Shown in pieces: positions 47,638 to 58,516 of a stretch of DNA of 64,000 nucleotides. The notes under the pieces are model-generated. The model had not been told where the DNA came from. It saw only the letters and a program-made list of their open reading frames with translations, and did no database searches. Made by a program: the position numbers and the translations under genes. Numbering within the stretch: position 1 is the first letter of the stretch; each line of letters starts with the position of its first letter. This stretch comes from Acidimicrobiia bacterium (GTDB lineage: Bacteria; Actinomycetota; Acidimicrobiia; Spongiisociales; ZC4RG35): NCBI GenBank assembly GCA_965215185.1, contig OZ244034.1, positions 2,336,001 to 2,400,000 of the forward strand, given 5' to 3'.

Positions 47638-50034
47638 ATGGCTTGCCGTTTCCCTGAAATAGTTAGCCGTTGTGGTGGGGTTTCTCGAGTGGTTGCGGGA
47701 GTCTTGGCGGTGCTCGTGATACTGGCCCCATCCGGATCAGCACTCGCCGAAGGGGAGGCGGTTGCCGACGATACACCCCCACCGGGCATTGTTTTTGCCA
47801 GCGATGTCGGAGACACGATTTGGGCGATGGACGCCAACGGCGACAACCAACGGCAGCTCACCACCGACCGCAGCGGTGATCCGGCTTGGTCACCCAACGG
47901 GACCCGGATCGCCTACACCCGTTACAACGGGTCCACCTATGACGGTGTCTGGGTGATGGATACGGACGGGCGAAATCAGAGAAGACTCACCAACGGGTTC
48001 ACCGGTGGACCGTCATGGTCACCCGACAGCACTCACCTCACGTACAGCGGCCCGGTGGGGATCGGGGTAGTGAATGCCGATAGCGCCGTTTCACACCAAA
48101 TCACCATCAACTCCGACTGGGGCCCCGCATGGTCACCCAACGGAACCCGGATCGTCTATACCAGCCGCCAGCTCGATGAAATCTGGGTTATGGATACCAA
48201 TGGCGGCGACCAAAAGCAACTCACCACCCACGGCGCCCACCCGGTGTGGTCACCCGACGGAACCCGCATTCTCTATACCAGCTCTCATCTCGACGGCATT
48301 TACATAGTGGAAGGCAAAGAGAACCTTCAGAGACAACTAACCAGCGACGGGTCTGACCCGACCTGGTCACCCAACGGCGCCCACATCGCCTACACAGGCA
48401 CAGGAAACGACTTTTTCCTGTGGACGGCAGACACCATTGGGGGGATTCTCGTGGTGGACGCAGGCGGCGGAAACCAACAACAACTCGCCCCAGACGGGTC
48501 TGACCCAACCTGGTCACCCAACGGCGCCCACATCGCCTACGTGGGCACGGCTGGGGGCATCTATGTGATGGACGCAGACGCGGCTAACCAACGGTCGATA
48601 ACCCTTGAGAGGGGCCTGCGACCACAGTGGTCGACCGACAGTCAACGCCTTGCCTATTACACCCCGGGCGGGATCTTTGTAGTGGAGATCGACGGCGCCC
48701 CGCCACAGCAATTGACCGGCTACGGGGTGACTCCGGCGTGGTCACCGACAACAACCCTGACAGCAGCCACAGAACCCACAACTGCGGATACGCCAGCCTG
48801 TCCGGCGACTACCAACATGCACGCCCCCAGATTCCTCCCACTCACGGTGAGGATAACCTCCTCGGCGCCGCAGACCGTGAAAGGGCCCTTTGAGATCTCG
48901 ATCGAGTTCTCCCGTCCGGTGACCGGCTTTTCTGCAGATGAGGCGTCAGTTGTCAACGGCCATGTAACGACCCTAGTGGACTGCGGCTCTACTTATCGAG
49001 TGCGAATCTCACCGGCCTCGGTGGGGACCGTGGTAGTGCGGATACCACGGAACGTGGCTCGCGATATAACCAACCAAGGCAACTTCGCCTCACTACCTCT
49101 GTTGAGAACCGGCGTTTCAACGCAGGATCTAGCAGTTGCGGGTATCGATACGTGGGACCGCATCGAGGTGCTAAGGGCATACAGGGTGGAATTTAATCGA
49201 AGCCAGCCGGTGGGGGAATACACCAGCCGGGTTGAAAGATGTCTGGCGGGATCGACTAGCCAGGAGTTCCGTGACAGCGTAATCCAGCGTGTCAACTGGT
49301 ATCGCCGGATGGCCGGGTTGGAGGTGGTGGCGGAACGACCGGAATACTCCCAATGGGCGCAGGAAACCGCCATGATGATGTCCGCTGCAGGCGCCCTCTC
49401 ACACCGCCCGGGCAGCGATTGGGCTTGCTACACCAGCGTGGGCGGAGCCACCGCCAACCAAAGCAATCTCCTATTGGGGGCCGTGGGGATCCTTGCCATC
49501 GACGGATACATGAGAAACCATGGCCCTCCAAACCTTCATGTAGACCATCGACGCCTCCTCCTTTACCCGCAACTCCTCGAGATTGGTACCGGTGACGTTC
49601 CAGGCGACCAGGGCAGACGGTCGGCCAATGCTCTCTACATACGGGGGGAGGATGTCCCGCAATCTCGCTTGAGGGTTCGGGAGCAACGGAGATTTGTAGC
49701 ATGGCCTCCGCCGGGCTACGTACCTGCCGAAACCGTGTGGGGCCGCTGGTCGTTTTCGGTGCCCGGCGCTGACTTTTCCCATGCCGAGGTCACCGTCACC
49801 GACGATCAGGGCCGGGTCCCGGTGGAAGTCCTGGTCAGAAACCCGGCCTCTTCCGGTTCGCGAAATATCCCGGAAACAGCCTTCGTGTGGGCCGTAGCCG
49901 GGGATACAGACTCGAACCGGCTGCCGCCCCCCACCGATGGCGACCATTGCTATTCAGTCGTGATCAGCAACGTGCGGATCGAAGGCAACACCCAACCACC
50001 CTACGAATATGCCACCTGCGTTATCGACTCCTAA
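47638..50034 (+). CDS. Secreted TolB/PD40-repeat beta-propeller plus Ig-like plus CAP-like domain protein
   Basis: Repeated QLT...PAWSPNG.RIAY; FEISIEFSRPVTGF; RVNWYRRMAGL, LSH, HRRLLL. Confidence 0.85.
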   Translation: MACRFPEIVSRCGGVSRVVAGVLAVLVILAPSGSALAEGEAVADDTPPPGIVFASDVGDTIWAMDANGDNQRQLTTDRSGDPAWSPNGTRIAYTRYNGSTYDGVWVMDTDGRNQRRLTNGFTGGPSWSPDSTHLTYSGPVGIGVVNADSAVSHQITINSDWGPAWSPNGTRIVYTSRQLDEIWVMDTNGGDQKQLTTHGAHPVWSPDGTRILYTSSHLDGIYIVEGKENLQRQLTSDGSDPTWSPNGAHIAYTGTGNDFFLWTADTIGGILVVDAGGGNQQQLAPDGSDPTWSPNGAHIAYVGTAGGIYVMDADAANQRSITLERGLRPQWSTDSQRLAYYTPGGIFVVEIDGAPPQQLTGYGVTPAWSPTTTLTAATEPTTADTPACPATTNMHAPRFLPLTVRITSSAPQTVKGPFEISIEFSRPVTGFSADEASVVNGHVTTLVDCGSTYRVRISPASVGTVVVRIPRNVARDITNQGNFASLPLLRTGVSTQDLAVAGIDTWDRIEVLRAYRVEFNRSQPVGEYTSRVERCLAGSTSQEFRDSVIQRVNWYRRMAGLEVVAERPEYSQWAQETAMMMSAAGALSHRPGSDWACYTSVGGATANQSNLLLGAVGILAIDGYMRNHGPPNLHVDHRRLLLYPQLLEIGTGDVPGDQGRRSANALYIRGEDVPQSRLRVREQRRFVAWPPPGYVPAETVWGRWSFSVPGADFSHAEVTVTDDQGRVPVEVLVRNPASSGSRNIPETAFVWAVAGDTDSNRLPPPTDGDHCYSVVISNVRIEGNTQPPYEYATCVIDS

Positions 50035-50110
50035 AAACGACGCCATATCAATCTCGGCGCATCTCTACCCAACGTTTGGCGACGATGATCCTGATCAAGC
50101 TCTAGGTGAC

Positions 50111-51577
50111 GTGTTGAGCAACGATCAACCCAAGAACCATCTTCCCATCACCAACGGACTGGTAGTGGTAGTCAAAGACGATTGCGAAACCTGCCACCTG
50201 GTGATACCCGTTCTCGCCGAGTTGGCTCGGGGTGAACAAGCTCTGGTGGTGGTGTCCCAGGACCGAGCCGATTTTCCCCGGGGATTCGCGGTCACTCACG
50301 ACCGGGAGTTGGATATCTCCTGGCGCCTTCAAACCGAGACCACCCCCACCATATACCGAATTGAGAGCGGCAAGGTGGTGGATCAGCAGCCAGGGTGGCT
50401 GAGAGGCGGTTGGGAGCGGGTCGCCGGGACTCAAGACCTGGGTGCGGGTCTTCCCGACCAACGCCCCGGCTGCGGGTCTGACACCATGCTGCCCGACGTC
50501 TACCAACGTCTGTTCCGACGACACTCCCCTAACCACTTGACATCTCGCCGAATCGAATTGGGAAGCTCCGAAGATCCCATGGAAGCAGCCTTCGCCCGCG
50601 GATGGACAGATGGCCTTCCCGTTACTCCCCCCACCGAGGAGCGGGTGGCGAGGATGCTGGGAGGCACCGCCCTTTCTCCTAACGAGGTGGTCTGTGCGCT
50701 GCCCCCCGACTTAGCCGAATGCACGGTAGAGAAGGTGGCGATCAACGCCGTGATGGCGGGATGTCTACCCGAATACCTGCCGGTGGTGTTGGCGGCGGTG
50801 AAGGCAGCTGCCGGAAGGCGCTTCAACATCCATGGGATCTCGGCCACCACCTACTTCACGGGACCCGTGATGGTAGTGAACGGTCCGATCCGCCACAGGA
50901 TCGGAATGAACGCGGGGATAAACGCGCTCGGGCCGGGCAACCGGGCCAATATGACCATCGGGCGGGCTCTCAACCTGGTGGTCCGCAATGTGGGCGGCGC
51001 CCGGCCCGGTGGGGTGGACCGGGCCGCGCTGGGCAGCCCCGGAAAGCTGTCCTTTTGTTTTCCCGAGGACGAGGAAGGATCCCCATGGGAGTCTTTGTCA
51101 GTAGAGCGGGGCTACTCCTCCCAGGATTCCACCATCACCCTCTTCGCCGGACACGGGCCGATCGAGATAGTTGATCAGAGATCCCGCCACCCCGAATCCC
51201 TGGCCCGCACTTTCGCATTGCAGCTGCGCATGATCGGTCATCCCAAGATTGCCGGATTGTCCGACGCCATAGTGGTGGTTTCTCCCGAGCATGCCCGAGT
51301 CTTCCGGGAAGCGGGTTGGTCCAAGACCCGGCTTCGCCAAGAGATCTTTGCCCTTCTCACGCTCCCCACCGACGAGATGGTGGCCGGCGCTGGTGGAGTG
51401 GCGGAGGGCCTGCCGCCGGCCGTGGCTGCCACGAAGAAGAAAGTATTGAAGTTCACTCCCGAGGGCCTTTGGTTTGTTCACGCCGGCGGGGACGCCGGAA
51501 TGTTCTCCGCGATAATCTCAGGTTGGATCGGGGGATCATCCAGTTCGCAAATGACCACCATCGCTATCGACTACTAA
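50111..51577 (+). CDS. Thioredoxin-like (CxxC) domain fused to a conserved domain found beside UGSC proteins
   Basis: KDDCETC, RPGCGS, GWTDGLPVTPPTEERV, NAVMAGC, NRANMTIGRA. Confidence 0.8.
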   Translation: MLSNDQPKNHLPITNGLVVVVKDDCETCHLVIPVLAELARGEQALVVVSQDRADFPRGFAVTHDRELDISWRLQTETTPTIYRIESGKVVDQQPGWLRGGWERVAGTQDLGAGLPDQRPGCGSDTMLPDVYQRLFRRHSPNHLTSRRIELGSSEDPMEAAFARGWTDGLPVTPPTEERVARMLGGTALSPNEVVCALPPDLAECTVEKVAINAVMAGCLPEYLPVVLAAVKAAAGRRFNIHGISATTYFTGPVMVVNGPIRHRIGMNAGINALGPGNRANMTIGRALNLVVRNVGGARPGGVDRAALGSPGKLSFCFPEDEEGSPWESLSVERGYSSQDSTITLFAGHGPIEIVDQRSRHPESLARTFALQLRMIGHPKIAGLSDAIVVVSPEHARVFREAGWSKTRLRQEIFALLTLPTDEMVAGAGGVAEGLPPAVAATKKKVLKFTPEGLWFVHAGGDAGMFSAIISGWIGGSSSSQMTTIAIDY

Positions 51578-51591
51578 AAAGGGGGCGCCAG

Positions 51592-52104
51592 ATGACTGCC
51601 TTGTTGGACCCGACCAGCGAAAGAACCACCCATAAGCGGCCTCTCAGTCCTCGAATCGCCGATCTTGCCGGACGGACCGTTGCCCTGCTGGACATTTCCA
51701 AACCGCGCGGCGATGTCTTCATAAAGAGACTGGAAGAGCTGTTCTCGCAAAGGGGGGTGTCGGTAAGGCACTACCGCAAGCCCACTTTCTCCAAACCGGC
51801 GCCAATCGATCTGCGCCAGCGGATCGCTGCCGAGTGCACGGCGGTGGTGGAAGCCTTAGCTGACTGAGGATCATGCGCGTCGTGCAGTGTGCACGATCTC
51901 GTTGATCTCGAAGAACGTGGCGTGGCTGGCGTGTTCGTGGCGTCGGACCGTTTCGCCCAGGCAGCCGATACCCAGGGGGAGGCACTGGGAATGCATCCCC
52001 GTCGGGTGTTGACTGCCCATCCCATCCAAGATCGAAGCGACGACGAGATGCGTACCCTCGCCGAAGCTGCCTTTCCCGAGATCCTCGCCGCCCTCTCCCG
52101 CTGA
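51592..52104 (+). CDS. UGSC-family selenoprotein (Sec at TGA 51865-51867)
   Basis: ALAD-TGA-GSCASC in one continuous frame joining two track ORFs; hairpin directly downstream. Confidence 0.88.
51868..51899 (+). promoter_or_regulatory. Putative bacterial SECIS hairpin
   Basis: TCGTGCA-GTG-TGCACGA (51880-51896), 12 nt after the UGA, with G in the apical loop. Confidence 0.7.
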
Positions 52105-52111
52105 AACGGGG

Positions 52112-52862
52112 GTGCGCGGCATCGTCCGGTTGGTAACGTCCGGGGCTACCGGACCTGACAGCATCCTGGAATTGGTGGAAAGAGCCACGAGAGGCTCCGA
52201 CATCAGCATGGCCGCCGGTGGAGTGGGCGAGGGCAACTACAACGAGGTGTTGTTGGAACAGATCGCCGACCAGGCCCAGGGCTGGTATCAGTACATATAC
52301 GACTACCGAAGCGGCGTTCGGTTCCTAGACAAGGTCCTGTCGGGAATCGTGGGTTGGGAAGCAAAAGCCCAGGTGGAGTTCAATCCCGACTCGGTCGAAC
52401 TGTGGCGTCTGATCGGCTACGAAAACCGTAAGATCGACTCGGAGTTGTTCCGAGAGGACGAGTTGGTGAAGAGTCAATCCGCTCCGCTGCTTGGCGGAGT
52501 TGCCACTGCTGCCTTCTTCGAGGTGAAACTGGCTGGTGTCGGCCACCGTGCGTTACCGACCCTGCCTGGACTGCTTCTTCAAGGAGTTGAACATCCGCAC
52601 CCCGGTGGGAGCCGTGGATCTGCCATTCAGCGACGGCGCCTGCGACTATCGGGGCCAGTCCTACGTGATGCAATATGCCGAGTTCGCTCGGAACAGCTTC
52701 TACGCCTGGGACCGCAACACCCCCGACGCGTTGGTGGACGCCCTTTACCGAGATCTGGACACCCTGTATCGGGACGAGCGGGGATCTTGCGAACAGGACT
52801 TGGAGACGGTAGCGCGAACCGTACGCAAGTACCGCAACGCCTCCCCCCTGGAAACCAGATAG
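52112..52862 (+). pseudogene. C-terminal remnant of a vWA/YfbK-like protein, frameshifted near 52540
   Basis: GNYNEVLLEQIAD, KAQVEFNP...WRLIGYENR; continues in another frame (ATVRYRP...QYAEFAR); no N-terminus. Confidence 0.7.
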
Positions 52863-52878
52863 GACCATCCGACCAAGA

Positions 52879-52907
52879 GGAAGGGGGCGGGACACCCACC
52901 CCCTTCC
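52879..52907. terminator. GC-rich stem-loop after the vWA remnant
   Basis: GGAAGGGGGCGGG...CCCACCCCCTTCC; no strong U-tract. Confidence 0.45.
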
Positions 52908-52974
52908 TTACCGACGGCCGGGTGCCCCATGCAAGACGGTAATTTCATGGTAAGTCCCGTTGGCGGAAGGAAAC

Positions 52975-53670
52975 ATGGTCTTAGAACACCCACGCGCAGA
53001 TGACTACCGAGTGCTTACCTTTGACTGCTACGGGACACTGGTGGATTGGGGTTCAGGAATAACCGGCTATCTACTACCACTGCTTGAGAGCCACAGAGTT
53101 AAGATTTCAGGCGATGTCCTGCTGAAATTGTTCGCAGAGTTGGAGCCGCAAGTTCAGTCCGAAGGCGGTCGCTATGTGCAGGTGTTGCGAGAAGTGCTCA
53201 GGCGCATGGGCGCTCGCCTAGGATTCACCCCGTCCGAAAACGATCTCCAAGGATTCGCGCAGAGCGTCGGCGACTGGGAGCCGTTTCCTGACACCGTGGA
53301 TGCTTTATCGCGACTGGCAGAGCGATTCGATCTGGCCATCATCTCCAATGTGGACAACGACCTCTTCGCCCGCACCAACCGGCTGTTGGAAGTCTCGTTC
53401 AGTCACATCATCACGGCCCAGGACGTGGGCCTTTACAAACCCGACCGCGCCATGTTCGATGCCGCCTTTTCCACTCTGGGTGAGCGGAGCCGAGTCTTGC
53501 ACGTTGCTCAGAGCCTATTTCATGACATCGCCCCGGCCAGCGCTCTGGGCATCAAAACGGTGTGGATCCGGCGCGATCACAACGCAGCAAGGGTGGTAGA
53601 CGCCCGACCCACTTGGAGTTACGCCACTCTCGGGGACTTCACTGACGCCATCTTGGGGGATGCGTCATGA
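52975..53670 (+). CDS. HAD hydrolase, haloacid dehalogenase type II-like
   Basis: LTFDCYGTLVDW, IISNVD, YKP, HVAQSLFHD. Confidence 0.9.
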   Translation: MVLEHPRADDYRVLTFDCYGTLVDWGSGITGYLLPLLESHRVKISGDVLLKLFAELEPQVQSEGGRYVQVLREVLRRMGARLGFTPSENDLQGFAQSVGDWEPFPDTVDALSRLAERFDLAIISNVDNDLFARTNRLLEVSFSHIITAQDVGLYKPDRAMFDAAFSTLGERSRVLHVAQSLFHDIAPASALGIKTVWIRRDHNAARVVDARPTWSYATLGDFTDAILGDAS

Positions 53671-53713
53671 CCGTGGTCACTACTTGTTTTTCACCGAATG
53701 GCGAGTCTTGACT

Positions 53714-54178
53714 ATGGCCCCCCGAGCCAGTGCAGGATTGCTGATCTATCGCCGCCGTGCATCCGGGGCTCTGGAAGTGCTGCTCGGCCATTACGGTGGG
53801 CCGTTCTGGGCTCGCCGGGACCAGGGCGCGTGGACGGTGTTCAAGGGAGCGCCGCATCAAGACGAAACTGTTTTGGAGACTGCTACCCGCGAGTTCGAGG
53901 AGGAAACGGGTTGGAAGGCGCCATCGGATCCGTGGCTACCGCTCCCCCAGGTCAAGGCCGCCAACCAGATCATGAACATCTGGGCGGTGGAAGCCGATTT
54001 CAATACGGCCGCACTTGCCCCAGGGCTCTTCTCAATGGAATGGCCGCCCCGCTCCGGAAAGACCCAGGAGTTTCCTGAAATCGACCGGGCCGAGTGGTTT
54101 TCCATTTCCGAAGCCCGGGGCAAGCTGTCCTCCAGCCAGACAGTGCTGTTGGATCACCTGATCTGTCTCCTTCAATAA
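53714..54178 (+). CDS. NUDIX domain protein
   Basis: SAGLL, GGPFW, ATREFEEETG, MEWPPRSG...FPEIDRAEW. Confidence 0.9.
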   Translation: MAPRASAGLLIYRRRASGALEVLLGHYGGPFWARRDQGAWTVFKGAPHQDETVLETATREFEEETGWKAPSDPWLPLPQVKAANQIMNIWAVEADFNTAALAPGLFSMEWPPRSGKTQEFPEIDRAEWFSISEARGKLSSSQTVLLDHLICLLQ

Positions 54179-54293
54179 TGCTCTTTGTATCCGAAACGCT
54201 GCCAGACCATGTTCGCTAGGACCGGCAACACCCCCTAAGACTGTCCGACATACCCAAATGTGATTGCGGTGGTGGGTCGGTTTCGGCCAGGCG

Positions 54294-55283
54294 TTATCGC
54301 TGCACCCGTCCCGGGGTGGGGCGGTTCTCCAGCAAGGCCGCGATCTCGTCTTTGTCCACAACTGCCATGTCTCCGGGGGTGGCGTACTTCAGGCTGGCGG
54401 CGGCCACGCCCCAGTCCAGGCAGCGTCCCAACTTGTCGGGACCCGGAGGGAACTGCAGCCAGCCGTACAGAAAACCGGCGTTGAAGGCGTCGCCGCCGCC
54501 CAGCCGGCCGATGGGCGTGGTGGGAATGGCCGGACGATACACCATTTCGCTCCCCGGGAGGCAGGCGATCGCCCCCTCGGCCCCCCGGGTGACCACGCAT
54601 ACCTGGTCGGGCAACCGCCGCCGGAGCCATTCCAGGGCGCCTTCGGGGTCCGACCCGGTCGAGAACACCGTCATCAGGTCGCTGGCCGAGGAAATGACAA
54701 TCGACGCCCGCTGCATGTGGTGCAACAGTTCGCCGCGGGCTTCTCTTGGCGACCACAGGCCGGCCCGGTAGTTGGTGTCGAAGCTGATCGGCCGCCCGGC
54801 GGCGCGGGCCACTTCCATGACATGGCGCGTGGTCAGTCGAGCTGACTCGCCGATGGCCGGAGTGATACCGGTGAGGTGCACCAGCCGGCAACGCTCAGAG
54901 GAGAACAGCCCGGGGTCGATGTCGGTGGGACTGAGGCCACTGGCGGCGCTGGCCGCCCGGTCGTAGACCACCCGCTGGCGCCGGGCCGGTGGGCCATCCT
55001 CGTAGAAGTAGAGGCCGAGGCGTTCGCCGGGGCGTCGCACCACATGGGAGACATCCACCCCGTGGCGGGAAAGCTCGGCGCATACCAGGTCCCCCAGCGG
55101 CGACCTGGGAAGGCGCGAAATCCACGCGCAGCGTAACCCCATCCGGGCCAGTCCCACCGCCGTGTTCGATTCGGTGCCGCCTACCTCCACCTCGAAGCGA
55201 CGAGCTTGGTCCAGCCGGCCCGCCCCAGGCGGGGTCAGGCGCAGCATCGTCTCACCCAGGGTCACGACATCATAAAAGGTCAT
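54294..55283 (-). CDS. PfkB-family sugar kinase (KdgK-like)
   Basis: LGETMLRL, GGTESNTA, SFDTNYR, GGGDAFNAGF. Confidence 0.9.
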   Translation of the reverse strand: MTFYDVVTLGETMLRLTPPGAGRLDQARRFEVEVGGTESNTAVGLARMGLRCAWISRLPRSPLGDLVCAELSRHGVDVSHVVRRPGERLGLYFYEDGPPARRQRVVYDRAASAASGLSPTDIDPGLFSSERCRLVHLTGITPAIGESARLTTRHVMEVARAAGRPISFDTNYRAGLWSPREARGELLHHMQRASIVISSASDLMTVFSTGSDPEGALEWLRRRLPDQVCVVTRGAEGAIACLPGSEMVYRPAIPTTPIGRLGGGDAFNAGFLYGWLQFPPGPDKLGRCLDWGVAAASLKYATPGDMAVVDKDEIAALLENRPTPGRVQR

Positions 55284-55485
55284 TTTCTTCCTTGGGCCTC
55301 TCGCCGCGGCGGCCTCTTCAATCATATCGAAGGAGGGGAACTGCCCTTGGCCTGCCACCCACCGAGGCACGGATACAAGAAAGGTTCACTGCATCCGCCG
55401 CCCGACCGAACGGGGCAACACCTGGTCGCAAAAGCAACTGCAACCACCGGAACAACCGAAACCTCTTTCTGTAAAGTTCATGGAT

Positions 55486-55890
55486 ATGAGCGAAAAGACT
55501 GCCCTACCCCAATCCGACGGCGAGTGGCGGGAGCGCCTTGACCCGATGCAATACCGCGTGCTGCGGGAAGGCGACACCGAGCACCCCTTCACTGGCACTT
55601 ACTGGAACACCAAGGACCCCGGAATCTACGCCTGCGCGGGATGCGGAATGGAACTGTTCGATTCCAACACCAAATTTGATTCGGGCACCGGGTGGCCCTC
55701 CTTCTGGGAAGCCATGGATCCGCAACGAATTGAAACCCGTATCGACACTGCACACGGCATGGTCCGCACCGAAGTGCTGTGCAAGGCGTGCGGGGGTCAC
55801 CTCGGACATGTGTTCCCGGACGGCCCCGGCCCTGCCGGGATGCGTTATTGCCTCAACTCCTGCTCACTGGACTTGAAGCCCTCCGACTAA
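55486..55890 (+). CDS. msrB: Peptide-methionine (R)-S-oxide reductase
   Basis: KFDSGTGWPSF, CxxC pairs, HLGHVFPDGP, RYCLNS. Confidence 0.96.
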   Translation: MSEKTALPQSDGEWRERLDPMQYRVLREGDTEHPFTGTYWNTKDPGIYACAGCGMELFDSNTKFDSGTGWPSFWEAMDPQRIETRIDTAHGMVRTEVLCKACGGHLGHVFPDGPGPAGMRYCLNSCSLDLKPSD

Positions 55891-55918
55891 GCACATCGGC
55901 TCCAGCAGAAAAGTCGAT

Positions 55919-55947
55919 TTGACAATTAGCGATTGCGGAAATATGAT
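55919..55947 (+). promoter_or_regulatory. Housekeeping-sigma promoter of the dnaK operon
   Basis: TTGACA-N17-TATGAT. Confidence 0.8.
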
Positions 55948-56050
55948 AGCCCCTTTGTTAGGTTGTAATAGATAGAACAGCCAATACGGACCCTTCACCG
56001 ACTGGTGCGGGGACCGTGCCTCAAATCGAAACAACGGAGGAGCAATCAAT

Positions 56051-57877
56051 ATGGCATCCGCAGTCGGAATTGACCTCGGAACCACTAACAGCGTGATCGC
56101 CGCCTTGGACGGCGCCGATCCGGTTATCATCGCCAACGCCGAGGGGTCGCGTACCACGCCCTCGGTGGTGGCTTTCAAGGACGGAGAGATCCTAGTGGGA
56201 GAGGTAGCCAAGCGGCAGGCCATCACCAATCCCGACTTCACCGTCCGCTCGGTGAAGAGAGAAATGGGCACCAACTGGTCCATCGAGGTCGACCAAAAGA
56301 CCTATCGGGCGCAGGAGATCGCGGCCCGGGTACTGCTCAAACTCAAGCGCGACGCCGAAGCCTATCTGGGGGAGCCCATCACCGACGCGGTGGTCACCGT
56401 CCCCGCCTACTTCAACGACGCGCAGCGTCAGGCCACCAAGGAGGCCGGAGTCATCGCCGGGCTGAACGTGCTGCGCATTATCAACGAGCCGACCGCGGCT
56501 TCACTTGCTTATGGCCTCGACAAGGAGGACGATCAGACCATCCTGGTATTCGACTTGGGTGGCGGAACTTTCGATGTCTCCATCCTGGAGATCGGCGAAG
56601 GCGTCTTTGAGGTAAAGTCGACCAGCGGTGACACCAATCTGGGTGGCGACGACTGGGACCAGGCCATCATCAACTGGCTGAACAAGCGTTTCCGCGATGA
56701 ACACGGAGTTGACCTCGCCGCCGATCGGATGGCCGTCCAGCGACTCCGGGAAGCCGCCGAGAAAGCCAAGATAGAGCTTTCCTCCGTGGCCGAGACCGAA
56801 GTCAACCTTCCCTTCGTGACAGCTACCTCGGCCGGACCGCTGCACCTGCAGTACAAACTGACCCGCTCGGAGTTCCTAAGGCTTTCCGAGCCTCTCCTCA
56901 AGCGTTTGGAAAGGCCCTTCCTCTCCGCCGTGAAGGACGCGGGTGTCAAGACGTCGGACATCGACCATGTCGTGATGGTGGGAGGGTCCACCCGCATGCC
57001 CGCCGTGCAGGAGTTGGTGGAAAGGCTGTCCGGACGCAAGCCCCACCGGGGAGTCAACCCGGACGAGGTGGTGGCAGCCGGAGCTGCTATCCAGGCCGGT
57101 GTGCTCAAGGGCGAGGTGAAAGATGTCCTGCTGCTGGACGTCACTCCGCTGACCCTGGGGGTGGAAACCAAGGGAGCGGTGATGACCAAGATGATCGAGC
57201 GCAACACCACCATCCCCACCCGCCGCTCGGAGATCTTTACCACCGCGGACAGTAACCAACCGTCGGTGGAGATCCATGTGCTGCAGGGAGAGCGCGCCAT
57301 GGCCATGGATAACAAGAGCCTGGGCAAGTTCCTTCTGACCGGGATTCCCCCCGCCCCCATGGGGGTGCCCCAAATCGAGGTCACCTTCGACATCGACGCC
57401 AACGGGATAGTGAACGTCTCCGCCAAGGATTTGGCCACCGGCAAGCAGCAGGCCATGACCATCACGGGCGGAACTGCCCTGGGCCGGGACGCGATCGACG
57501 AAATGGTCCGTAACGCCGAGCAGTACGAGGAAGAGGACCGCAAGAAGCGAGAGGCCGTCGAGACCCGCAACCAAGCTGAGCAACTGGTGCATCAAACCGA
57601 GCAACTCATGTCGGAACAGAGCGAACAGTTGACCGACGAAGAGAAGAGTGCCTTGGAAACGGCGCTATCCGACCTGCGGGCGGTACTGGAGGATCAAAAC
57701 GCCGACTCCGCGGCGGTGCGCGAGAAAATGGAAGCGATGATCGCGGCCAGCCAGCAGATGGCTACCCGCCTCTACCAAGAGGCAGCCGCCCAAGCCCAGC
57801 AGAGCGAAGCCACCAGCGGCGAAGACCATGATGACGATGTGGTGGAGGCCGAGATCATCGAAGACGAGGACGAATAG
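56051..57877 (+). CDS. dnaK: Chaperone DnaK
   Basis: [33 protein letters not shown]. Confidence 0.98.
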   Translation: MASAVGIDLGTTNSVIAALDGADPVIIANAEGSRTTPSVVAFKDGEILVGEVAKRQAITNPDFTVRSVKREMGTNWSIEVDQKTYRAQEIAARVLLKLKRDAEAYLGEPITDAVVTVPAYFNDAQRQATKEAGVIAGLNVLRIINEPTAASLAYGLDKEDDQTILVFDLGGGTFDVSILEIGEGVFEVKSTSGDTNLGGDDWDQAIINWLNKRFRDEHGVDLAADRMAVQRLREAAEKAKIELSSVAETEVNLPFVTATSAGPLHLQYKLTRSEFLRLSEPLLKRLERPFLSAVKDAGVKTSDIDHVVMVGGSTRMPAVQELVERLSGRKPHRGVNPDEVVAAGAAIQAGVLKGEVKDVLLLDVTPLTLGVETKGAVMTKMIERNTTIPTRRSEIFTTADSNQPSVEIHVLQGERAMAMDNKSLGKFLLTGIPPAPMGVPQIEVTFDIDANGIVNVSAKDLATGKQQAMTITGGTALGRDAIDEMVRNAEQYEEEDRKKREAVETRNQAEQLVHQTEQLMSEQSEQLTDEEKSALETALSDLRAVLEDQNADSAAVREKMEAMIAASQQMATRLYQEAAAQAQQSEATSGEDHDDDVVEAEIIEDEDE

Positions 57878-57880
57878 ACA

Positions 57881-58516
57881 GTGGACGACTCCCAACACAC
57901 CCTTGACGCGGTGGGCTCCGATCTCACATTGGAGCACGTTCCTGCCCAAGAGGTGGAGATAGTCGCGGAGCAGGACGAGGCGGGACCGGATGCCGACCTT
58001 CCCGAAGGGACGGAAGAGCCTTCCCAGGATCCCGCCGAGACCCTGACCATCGTTATGGCGGCCCTTCATGAGGCGGAGCAGAGAGCCGAGCAAGCTCATC
58101 AGTCCTACCTGCGGGCGGTGGCCGACCTGGACAATTACCGCAAGCGAATGCGCCGGGAACAGTCAACCATCGCCTCCCGAGCGGAGGGGCGGGCCGTGAC
58201 GTCTATGCTGCCCGTCCTGGACAGCTTCGATGCGGCACTGGGGATAGAGGTGTCCTCCGACCAGGAACAGAACGTCCTGTCGGGGATAAGGGCCACCTAC
58301 GAGTTGATGCTGAGCACCCTGCAGAACCATGGCCTGGAGATCGTCCCCACCGCCGGCCAAGACTTTTCCCCCGACATACACCAACCGATCAACGCCCCAC
58401 CGGAGGGAGACGGAGCGGTGATTGTGTCGAACGAGGTGCGCCGCGGGTATCAGCTTAAGGGACAACTCCTACGGCCCGCCTTGGTCCTGGTTACCAGAAG
58501 GGGTGAATCTGAGTAG
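57881..58516 (+). CDS. grpE: Nucleotide exchange factor GrpE
   Basis: ADLDNYRKR, LPVLDSF, GYQL...LLRPALV; operon position. Confidence 0.95.
   Translation: MDDSQHTLDAVGSDLTLEHVPAQEVEIVAEQDEAGPDADLPEGTEEPSQDPAETLTIVMAALHEAEQRAEQAHQSYLRAVADLDNYRKRMRREQSTIASRAEGRAVTSMLPVLDSFDAALGIEVSSDQEQNVLSGIRATYELMLSTLQNHGLEIVPTAGQDFSPDIHQPINAPPEGDGAVIVSNEVRRGYQLKGQLLRPALVLVTRRGESE

Noticed and set aside
55486-55890. MsrB as a second selenoprotein
   Set aside because: The catalytic residue is Cys (RYCLNS); no in-frame TGA.
55890-56050. HspR operator (HAIR, CTTGAGT-N7-ACTCAAG) or CIRCE upstream of dnaK
   Set aside because: Only a weak half-site (CCTCAAA, 56019-56025); no convincing inverted repeat.
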